This document shows, in pieces, positions 26,010-32,996 of a stretch of DNA of 33,624 bases. Under the pieces are notes generated by a model that saw only the letters and a program-made list of their open reading frames with translations, was not told where the DNA came from and did no database searches. Position 1 is the stretch's first letter, and each line of letters begins with the position of its first letter. The translations under genes were made by a program, and so were the position numbers. The DNA lies in the NCBI GenBank assembly GCA_963601985.1, contig CAVCHK010000108.1:1-33624 (forward strand), read 5' to 3'. Source of the stretch: Paludibacteraceae bacterium (lineage in GTDB: Bacteria > Bacillota_I > Bacilli_A > RF39 > UBA660).

Positions 26010-27305
26010 CTACAAAACATCACTATATATACTAAACATAGGAACAAATATAGCCAAAAGAATAACGCCAACAATAAAAGCAAGCACAACAATCATAACA
26101 GGTTCAATCAAACTTTTAAGTCTTTGTATCAAATTCTTTTGCTCTTCCTCATAATAATTAGCAACATTCTCCATCATAGTTCCAAGCCTACCAGTCTTCT
26201 CACCAGTAACAAGCATCTCATAAGCAATCCTAGGAAAAGCCCATTTATTCTCAAAAGCCTTTGAAAGACCAGCACCTACACTTAAATTAGTAACAGCCTC
26301 TTTAATAATATCCTTAAATATCTCATTATTAGTAATCTTACCAAGCATCTCTATACTATCAGTAATAAATACATCATGCCTAATCAAAGAAGAAAAAGTC
26401 TTAGTAAACATAACAACCTCATTATCAATAAGCACATCACGTATAACAGGAATATGCATAGCTATCCACTGAACATAATACCTAAACTTCTTAACATTTT
26501 TATAAAGCATTATAACAATTATAATACCAGAAAAAACAGCCAAAACAATCTTAATAATATTATTCTGCATAAAATTACTCATATTAATCAAAAAAAGCGT
26601 AATTGGAGGAAGTTCCGAACCAAGTTGATCAAATATCCCCTGAAACTGAGGAATAATATAAATAAGTAAAAAAGTAAGAACCGCTATAGAAATAACAAGA
26701 ACAACACTAGGATAAGTAAGAGCAGAAATAACCTGTTTCCTATTACTATCAACAGTTTTATAATATGAAGCCATATCATCCAAAGATTCAGTTAAATTAC
26801 CAGTAAGTTCTGAAGTCTTAAGCATATTAATAAGAAGTTTAGGAAAAACATTCCCCTGTCTAGCTAAAGCCTCACTAAAATTAGCTCCAGTATTAAGTTC
26901 ATAAATAACCCTTTTATACAGATTCTTCTTCCTAGTATCCTTAGTTTGATTCTCTATCATAACAAGAGAATCAGTAAGCGGAATACCACTCTTAATATAA
27001 GTAGATAATTGTGTTAAAAAGAAAACCAAATCCTTATACTTAATCTCATTACTAAACGTAAAAAAATTAGTAGCCTTACTTATATTCTTAACCTTAATAT
27101 CAACAATTTTATACCCTTGAGCAACAAGAAAAGACTCAACATCCATCCTCCTAAAAGCATCAAAATAACCCTTAACCTGCTTACCATTCTTATCATAGCA
27201 AGTATACTTATACCTAGACTTAGACTTAGCCATAGCCTGATTAGCATTAAGAGTCTGATTAGAACTAAAAGCATAATTACCATTACTATTTACATTTTGG
27301 TTCAT
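26010..27305 (-). CDS. pilC: Type IV pilus / type II secretion platform protein (GspF/PilC/ComGB family)
   Basis: Two T2SS-F repeats with 3 TM helices. The N-terminal domain reads YKYTCYDKNGKQVKGYFDAFRRMDVESFLVAQGYKIVDIK. ATG at 27305 follows AGGTGAT; the track start at 27314 is GTG. Confidence 0.85.
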   Translation of the reverse strand: MNQNVNSNGNYAFSSNQTLNANQAMAKSKSRYKYTCYDKNGKQVKGYFDAFRRMDVESFLVAQGYKIVDIKVKNISKATNFFTFSNEIKYKDLVFFLTQLSTYIKSGIPLTDSLVMIENQTKDTRKKNLYKRVIYELNTGANFSEALARQGNVFPKLLINMLKTSELTGNLTESLDDMASYYKTVDSNRKQVISALTYPSVVLVISIAVLTFLLIYIIPQFQGIFDQLGSELPPITLFLINMSNFMQNNIIKIVLAVFSGIIIVIMLYKNVKKFRYYVQWIAMHIPVIRDVLIDNEVVMFTKTFSSLIRHDVFITDSIEMLGKITNNEIFKDIIKEAVTNLSVGAGLSKAFENKWAFPRIAYEMLVTGEKTGRLGTMMENVANYYEEEQKNLIQRLKSLIEPVMIVVLAFIVGVILLAIFVPMFSIYSDVL

Positions 27306-27328
27306 CCATATCACCTATTCTACATCCA

Positions 27329-27357
27329 ATTATAGCATACAATCAAAATTTTTTTAA
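27329..27357 (-). promoter_or_regulatory. Candidate extended -10 promoter for pilC-pilD
   Basis: On the minus strand: TTAAAA (27352-27357), 17-nt spacer ending in TGC, TATAAT (27329-27334). Confidence 0.45.
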
Positions 27358-27437
27358 CCCTTTTTTAAAAAAAAACAAAATAAACTTAACAAACCAAATA
27401 CAAATAACATATATTATTATAAGAGAGGAGTAAAAAT

Positions 27438-27818
27438 ATGTATCCATACAATCCAACAGCATCATTTATGATGCCAAGCATCCCATATATGCAAATGCCA
27501 ATAATGAACAAAATGACATTAGGTGGATTATCACAAGCAGGAAAAACTAATTTACTAGGAGGAATAAAAGGATTAAACTTCCCAACTATACTAAATAACG
27601 TATCCAAGACTCTAGGAGTCGTAAAAGAAGCAATACCAATCGTAAAAGAAGTAAAACCAATGATGACCAATATGAAATCAATGATAAACGTAGCCAAAGC
27701 CTTCAACGATATCACTGATGAAAAAATAAATAAACCAAAAGATGAAAAAGAAAATACTACTGACACCATAAATAATGTAAGTAGTATAAACCAAAACACC
27801 CCAAATTTCTTCTTGTAA
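27438..27818 (+). CDS. YqfQ-like protein (P/M-rich N-terminus, conserved C-terminal helix region)
   Basis: Strong SD GAGAGGAG 7 nt before ATG at 27438. ILNNVSKTLGVVKEAIPIVKEVKPMMTNMKSMINVAKAF resembles the YqfQ-family core (..LNNTQ.VL....Q...P...QYGP.V.N.P.M.K.....) as I recall it. A/C-ending codons match the other plus-strand gene. It is preferred over the overlapping minus-strand ORF 27386-27799. Confidence 0.65.
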   Translation: MYPYNPTASFMMPSIPYMQMPIMNKMTLGGLSQAGKTNLLGGIKGLNFPTILNNVSKTLGVVKEAIPIVKEVKPMMTNMKSMINVAKAFNDITDEKINKPKDEKENTTDTINNVSSINQNTPNFFL

Positions 27819-27827
27819 GAAATTTTT

Positions 27828-28334
27828 TTATTTAACTTCTTTCAAATCAAATCTATCAAATAAAAACCTAACTATAAAATAACTAATACTAGTATATATA
27901 ATAGTCATAACAATACTATGAATAATAATATTAAAAAGAAGTAAAAAACTATAATTAGCATAATTAGTAATACTAAGAATAACAAAAGACAAAATATGAT
28001 ATAAAATAATACTAATCATACTAATAATATTAATAATAAAAACATTATCACTAAGAATATTATTAAGAACATAAATAACAAAACCAATAACCAAAAATAT
28101 ACAAATATTAACTAAAAAAGTAGAAGTATATAAAACATCAAATAAAAAACCAAATATAAATACCAATATAAAATACTTCTTCTTATTATAAAAATAAGAA
28201 TAAACAACAGCAATACTAATAATAGTATATATCGTTGTAAAATAACTAATATCTGTAAGAGTACTAGCAAAAATATTCGACATAAAACCCTCAATAAAAA
28301 AAGAAAACAAAACATAAATAAATAAAAGTAACAC
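27828..28334 (-). CDS. mreD: Rod shape-determining protein MreD
   Basis: 168-aa polytopic protein directly after mreC. GFLFDVLYTSTFLVNICIF fits the MreD G..D....lG.n motif region. GTG start lies 8 nt after AGGAG and overlaps the mreC stop. Confidence 0.75.
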   Translation of the reverse strand: MLLLFIYVLFSFFIEGFMSNIFASTLTDISYFTTIYTIISIAVVYSYFYNKKKYFILVFIFGFLFDVLYTSTFLVNICIFLVIGFVIYVLNNILSDNVFIINIISMISIILYHILSFVILSITNYANYSFLLLFNIIIHSIVMTIIYTSISYFIVRFLFDRFDLKEVK

Positions 28335-29191
28335 TATTCATGCTCCTTTCTTTTCAGAACACTAACATAATTAATATCCGAAAAATCCGCTGAAGGCTTA
28401 ACCATAATAATCTTAGCCAAATCATAAGAATCAGTAGTAATCTCACTAACACTACCAATCAATATACCAGAAGGAAAAACCCCACCAAGTCCAGAAGTAT
28501 AAACCAAATCCCCTATATTAACATCAGAAGTATTACTAATCCCTTCAACCTCAAGTAAATTCTTACTATAATCAAAATTATTAATAAGACCATACAAACT
28601 ATTATCACCACTACTAATAATAACAGATATCTTATTATTAGTTTCACTAGTAGTAATAAGCCTAACATCAGAAGTAAAAGTACTACACTTAATTACCCTA
28701 CCAATAAGCCCCTTAGCATTAATAACAACCATATCTTTCATAATTCCATTATAACTTCCCTTATCAATAGTAATAGTATTATACCAATAACCAACATTCC
28801 TACTAGTAACAGTAGCATTCAAATACTCATAATCAGTAAGAGTATAATCAATATTAACCTCTTCCTTCAAAGCATCAAGCTGTCTTCTAAGCTCAACATT
28901 CTCAGTCTCAATAGCCTCTATTCTATCCAAAGAAGTCTCTAAAATATCATTATCCAAATTAACATCTTTAAGCTTATTATATTCATCTATTTTACCACTA
29001 AGATAAGTAAAAGGATAAGTAACAATCTTCTCAGCATAAGACAAAGTATCCCTTAAAAAAGACTCAATAGGATTAAATTTCCTATCACTTTTCAAAGTAA
29101 AAGAAAAAATAACAAGAAGAAGAATAACAAGAATAATCACTACAAACAAAACAGTCTTTCTAGAAGGCATTCTCTTCTTTCTACCAAGCAT
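28334..29191 (-). CDS. mreC: Rod shape-determining protein MreC
   Basis: N-terminal TM anchor, coiled-coil (ENVELRRQLDALKEE), and C-terminal beta domain with GLGGVFPSGILIGSV. ATG at 29191 (MLGRKKR...) is downstream of AAGGAG; the track start at 29212 is TTG. Confidence 0.85.
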   Translation of the reverse strand: MLGRKKRMPSRKTVLFVVIILVILLLVIFSFTLKSDRKFNPIESFLRDTLSYAEKIVTYPFTYLSGKIDEYNKLKDVNLDNDILETSLDRIEAIETENVELRRQLDALKEEVNIDYTLTDYEYLNATVTSRNVGYWYNTITIDKGSYNGIMKDMVVINAKGLIGRVIKCSTFTSDVRLITTSETNNKISVIISSGDNSLYGLINNFDYSKNLLEVEGISNTSDVNIGDLVYTSGLGGVFPSGILIGSVSEITTDSYDLAKIIMVKPSADFSDINYVSVLKRKEHE

Positions 29192-29263
29192 AATATCACT
29201 ACTCCTTATCAATACATATTATATAATATTTTTAACTAAAATAAAAGATAAAACTAACAACAT

Positions 29264-29941
29264 TTACAAATTATTATCCTCATAAAAACTATAATAATTA
29301 CCATTACCAATAATAATATGATCCAAAAGCCCAATACCATGTATTTCCCCAATATCCTTAAGCCTTTTAGTAAGCATAATATCATTCTTACTAGGACTAG
29401 CATTTCCAGAAGGATGATTATGAATACAAATAATATATGAAGCCGAAAGCAAATAAGCTCCCTTAAATACCTCTCTAGGATGAACTAAAGAAAAATTAAC
29501 AGTACCCTTAAATAATAACTTCTTATCAATATATTTCTTTTGATTATCCAAATAAACCACATAAAAAATCTCCTGTTTAACACCAACATATAAATTATGA
29601 AAATAACTAATAATAAACTTAGGATCAGTAAAATACACCATATCCTCATAATTATCATTAACATAAACCCTTCTACCAAGTTCAATCGCCGCTAGAAGCT
29701 CAATAGCCTTAATCATACTCATACCATTGATATTAGCTAAAGTATTAACTTCCATATCCCTAAACTCATTAATATTATTAACTGAAGATAATATATTATG
29801 AGCAATTTCTTTAACACCACACTTTCTATTACCAGACTTAAGAATAATCTCCACAAGCTCACTATCAGATATATTATCCCTTCCATACTTCAAAAACCTC
29901 TCTCTAGGTTTTTCACAATCAGGTAACTCTTTCAAATACAT
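29264..29941 (-). CDS. radC: RadC-family JAB/MPN-domain protein
   Basis: N-terminal HhH region (PRERFLKYG...LSDSELVEIILKSG) and JAMM motif HNHPSGNASPSKNDIMLT. ATG at 29941 follows GGAGGGA; the track start at 29971 is over-extended. Confidence 0.9.
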   Translation of the reverse strand: MYLKELPDCEKPRERFLKYGRDNISDSELVEIILKSGNRKCGVKEIAHNILSSVNNINEFRDMEVNTLANINGMSMIKAIELLAAIELGRRVYVNDNYEDMVYFTDPKFIISYFHNLYVGVKQEIFYVVYLDNQKKYIDKKLLFKGTVNFSLVHPREVFKGAYLLSASYIICIHNHPSGNASPSKNDIMLTKRLKDIGEIHGIGLLDHIIIGNGNYYSFYEDNNL

Positions 29942-29984
29942 AATAATCCCTCCATAATATATAAACACCAATAAATAAAAAAAA

Positions 29985-30018
29985 TTGTAAAAAAAAATAT
30001 CATATTTCAGATATTTTT
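29985..30018 (-). terminator. Candidate terminator after the FNT gene
   Basis: On the minus strand: AAAAATATC-TGAAATAT-GATATTTTT (9-bp AT-rich stem, arms at 30010-30018 and 29993-30001) followed by TTTTAC. Confidence 0.45.
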
Positions 30019-30643
30019 ATTTTTCTTTAATATATTTATCATAACTAGCAATAAGAATAGAACCAACAGAATTACCAATTACCATAACAAAAGTATAAAC
30101 AATAGTTTTAAACGACCAAACTCTAGCTACACTAAAATAAAACATATTAGCAACACAATGCTCAAAACCACATAAAATAAATACAATAACTCCCATAAAT
30201 ATAGGAATATATCTTCCAAGCACATCCTTACTAGCCTTATAACTATTAACTGCAATATACATCAAAATACCACAAAAAATAGATAAAATCAAAATACTGA
30301 TAACACTATCATTAAGCTTAATATCACTAAGTACTCTAGCCCTCTCACTAATATTAGATATTCTACTATTTAAACAACCTAAAGCCACCAAATAAGTACC
30401 AATAAAATTACCAATCAAAGTAAACAAAAGAAGCACAACATAAAATAACTTATTAGATATAACATAACCAATCTTACCAGTATACAAATACATATTAAAC
30501 ATACATACCACTAATAAACCAATAGAGAAGAAAGAAGCACCAATTACCTTATTATCTAAAGATAAAAATACAACTCCTCCAATACCAATCATAATACCAG
30601 CAAATATACCCCTAAATACATAACTCAAATACATCTTAAACAT
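30017..30643 (-). CDS. Formate/nitrite transporter (FNT) family channel, short form
   Basis: Six TM helices with FNT hallmarks: LYTG, IGNFIGT, CGFEHCVANMFYF and IGNSVGS. At 208 aa it is shorter than FocA/NirC-type members. Confidence 0.8.
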   Translation of the reverse strand: MFKMYLSYVFRGIFAGIMIGIGGVVFLSLDNKVIGASFFSIGLLVVCMFNMYLYTGKIGYVISNKLFYVVLLLFTLIGNFIGTYLVALGCLNSRISNISERARVLSDIKLNDSVISILILSIFCGILMYIAVNSYKASKDVLGRYIPIFMGVIVFILCGFEHCVANMFYFSVARVWSFKTIVYTFVMVIGNSVGSILIASYDKYIKEK

Positions 30644-30651
30644 AAAACCAC

Positions 30652-31257
30652 CTATTCATTACAATCACTGCACGAATGTAATTCCTTATAAACATCTTCC
30701 ATATAACCATTTAAATTATTTTTAAGTTCACTCACTTCTTCTATAGTCCAATAATCACTAGGCTCATCAAATCCCTTAGTATCTAAAGAAGTCTCATTAT
30801 CATTACCAATTATCTCACCCTTAACAACAAAACTAACATTAGGTACAAAAACCCTCAAATTACCCTCATCATCTCTAAGTAAATTTAAAGAAAGAATACT
30901 TACAATTTCCTGATACTCTTCCGTATTATTCTTTCTATCTTCAAAAATATTAAAATAATAAATCTTCTCTATACCCACTTCTTTAGCAGTATCATTCAAA
31001 TACTTAACATAAGCCTGACACCAAGGACATTCAGGAAATCCCAAATAAACAACCCCAGTACCATATTTCAAAATATTAATAATCTCATTAATATCCTTAT
31101 ATACAAAAACATTATCTTCATCTACTTCTGTATATTCCTTAGCAAACTTAACATTATCACCATTTTTATTATCATTATTATTAATAACAATATATAAGCA
31201 AATACCCCCTAAAATAACTAAAATAGCACAAACTATTATCAATACTTTCTTCTTCAT
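30652..31257 (-). CDS. Membrane-anchored thioredoxin-fold protein (CPWC active site; bacteriocin-transport-accessory / TlpA-like)
   Basis: N-terminal signal anchor, thioredoxin motif VVYLGFPECPWCQAY, and an additional C-terminal CSDC pair. It has its own SD and lies downstream of a terminator. Confidence 0.75.
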   Translation of the reverse strand: MKKKVLIIVCAILVILGGICLYIVINNNDNKNGDNVKFAKEYTEVDEDNVFVYKDINEIINILKYGTGVVYLGFPECPWCQAYVKYLNDTAKEVGIEKIYYFNIFEDRKNNTEEYQEIVSILSLNLLRDDEGNLRVFVPNVSFVVKGEIIGNDNETSLDTKGFDEPSDYWTIEEVSELKNNLNGYMEDVYKELHSCSDCNE

Positions 31258-31319
31258 ACCTCTTCACCTCAATACTATTATAAAACAAATATAAAAATAA
31301 ATATATAAAATATAAGTTG

Positions 31320-31342
31320 AAAAAACTCAACCTAAGGTTGAG
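31320..31342 (-). terminator. Rho-independent terminator of the membrane-protein/XRE unit; the stop codon spans the upstream stem-loop junction
   Basis: On the minus strand: CTCAACC-TTA-GGTTGAG (7-bp GC-containing stem, arms at 31336-31342 and 31326-31332) followed by TTTTTT. Confidence 0.7.
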
Positions 31343-32036
31343 CAGTACAATTATCCATAAGCGATAAAGGAACCCTATAAGAATTAATATTATCATCACT
31401 ATCACAAGCATCAATCAAAAGATATAAACTATTCTCATTATATTCCTTACAATTTCTTTTATAATTATCAATATGAAAACTAACACTTTTAAAAAACTCC
31501 TCTAATAAAATACCATCACCCAAATAAGAATATTCATCTAACCTAGTCTCAATATTACCACTACTCTCATATAAAGAACACTTAATACTTTTATATAAAG
31601 TATTATCCTCACCACCACAATAATTAATATTAGATATATATATTGTAGACTTATTATTATTATAAGCTAAACTCCCACTAATAACAAAATTATTACAATT
31701 AGCACTAATAGTCTTAAACTCAAAATTATCTTCCCTATTAAAATAAACAATAGAAAGAACTAAAATAATTATAATAAATAAAATACCAAATATAAATTTA
31801 TAATATCTTTTCCTCTTATTAGTAAAAGCACTCTTCCCCTCAAGTAAATCCTCAATAGGAGTATCAAAATCCTCACTAATCTGTTTAAGTAACATAATAT
31901 CTGGTATATTCTTACCATTCTCCCATTTACTAACAGCCTGATAAGTAACACCATACCTCTCTGCAAACTCCGCCTGTGTTAAATTATTCTTCTTCCTAAT
32001 CTCTTTTATAAGATTACCAATTTTCTCCTGATTCAT
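31332..32036 (-). CDS. Membrane-tethered XRE-family HTH transcriptional regulator with Cys-rich extracytoplasmic domain
   Basis: HTH_3 domain (IKEIRKKNNLTQAEFAERYGVTYQAVSKWENGKNIPDI), one TM helice (YYKFIFGILFIIIILVLSIVYF), then about 135 aa containing six Cys. The SD GAGGAAG lies inside the end of the upstream gene. Confidence 0.8.
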   Translation of the reverse strand: MNQEKIGNLIKEIRKKNNLTQAEFAERYGVTYQAVSKWENGKNIPDIMLLKQISEDFDTPIEDLLEGKSAFTNKRKRYYKFIFGILFIIIILVLSIVYFNREDNFEFKTISANCNNFVISGSLAYNNNKSTIYISNINYCGGEDNTLYKSIKCSLYESSGNIETRLDEYSYLGDGILLEEFFKSVSFHIDNYKRNCKEYNENSLYLLIDACDSDDNINSYRVPLSLMDNCTAQP

Positions 32037-32040
32037 ATCA

Positions 32041-32913
32041 TCACTTCCTCTTTATATCAAAAGTATTATTCCCAACATTAACCTCAAATACTATTTCTTC
32101 ACCATTCTTATCTATTAAAACCAAATTAGCCTTACCCTCTCTTCTAAAATTCCCCTCTATTACATAATCCATAAACCCCTCTTCATACCTAATATATACA
32201 TCCCCTATATCATTATCCAAATATACAATAGAATTATCATCAAATATAATATCATAAGAACCATTAGCTAAAAGAGTAGCATTATATACCTTCTTATCAC
32301 TAAAACTCATAATAGTAAAAACAATAATAATTAATAAACTAATAATCAAAGAAATAACCCTATTCCTCTTATTATTAAATATACACAAAGGATATAAAAC
32401 TAAAGTTATCAAACAAAACAAAACAGTCAATAAATGATACGGAAAACCAAATAACAACTCTTTCAAATAAGTATAATAAGAACCATACCCCAAAAATAAT
32501 AACATACATACAAGTATCAATACACTATAACACTTATCCCTTTTCATATAATACCCAATATATCCCATAAAAATAGTAAGAATAGTAAAAATAAACCAAT
32601 ATTTATAATAAACAAATATCCCAAATCCCAAACTACTAAAAGGAACCTGTATCAAATATACAAGAGGTTGACTAATTAAAAAGAATACAAAACACTTAAT
32701 AGCAGAATCCTTAGCAGATTTACTATTCATAATAATAATTATACCAAATAAAATCCATACCTCAAACGTTACAACAATATCATGAAACGAAGTATCCCTA
32801 AAAGCTGGAATAAGAGCCATAATAGAAGTATATACACCACTACAAATAGCAAATACAATTAATCTACCAAAGGTCAAATCAATACCACCAAATAACTTTT
32901 TAATCTTTCTCAT
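32041..32913 (-). CDS. Polytopic membrane protein with C-terminal soluble beta-rich domain, unknown function
   Basis: About 6-7 TM helices followed by NATLLANGSYDIIFDDNSIVYLDNDIGDVYIRYEE.... ATG at 32913 lies 7 nt after GAGGTGAT; the track start at 32925 is GTG inside the SD. Confidence 0.7.
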   Translation of the reverse strand: MRKIKKLFGGIDLTFGRLIVFAICSGVYTSIMALIPAFRDTSFHDIVVTFEVWILFGIIIIMNSKSAKDSAIKCFVFFLISQPLVYLIQVPFSSLGFGIFVYYKYWFIFTILTIFMGYIGYYMKRDKCYSVLILVCMLLFLGYGSYYTYLKELLFGFPYHLLTVLFCLITLVLYPLCIFNNKRNRVISLIISLLIIIVFTIMSFSDKKVYNATLLANGSYDIIFDDNSIVYLDNDIGDVYIRYEEGFMDYVIEGNFRREGKANLVLIDKNGEEIVFEVNVGNNTFDIKRK

Positions 32914-32996
32914 AAACATTATCACCTCTTAAATTCCTATTTTACATTGATATTATATTATACAATTACCAATCTCTACTCATAAAATAAACATTC

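Noticed and set aside
2554-27335. All + strand track ORFs nested inside minus-strand genes (2554-2736, 8531-8881, 9839-10165, 10714-10992, 13424-13696, 17393-17773, 17861-18079, 20393-20629, 20924-21196, 26376-26669, 27117-27335)
   Set aside because: Each lies antisense within a well-supported gene and encodes low-complexity N/I/K/S/T-rich sequence typical of A-rich antisense frames. None has an SD.
27386-27799. 137-aa minus-strand ORF (GTG start) encoding an F/L/I-rich putative membrane protein
   Set aside because: It is the antisense shadow of the SD-supported, family-recognisable plus-strand YqfQ-like ORF. It has no convincing SD, and the third codon positions coincide, so its codon bias is uninformative.
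2012-31966. Minus-strand or antisense alternative-frame ORFs nested in real genes (2012-2200, 5078-5275, 10989-11219, 12402-12662, 12747-12932, 12808-12996, 14572-14760, 17878-18072, 18759-18965, 19653-19850, 19860-20093, 27080-27283, 28112-28315, 29485-29685, 31181-31414, 31769-31966)
   Set aside because: These are L/I/V/M/R-rich translations produced by the G/T-rich strand in the wrong frame, or antisense to rnhC. They overlap recognisable genes completely and lack SD sequences.
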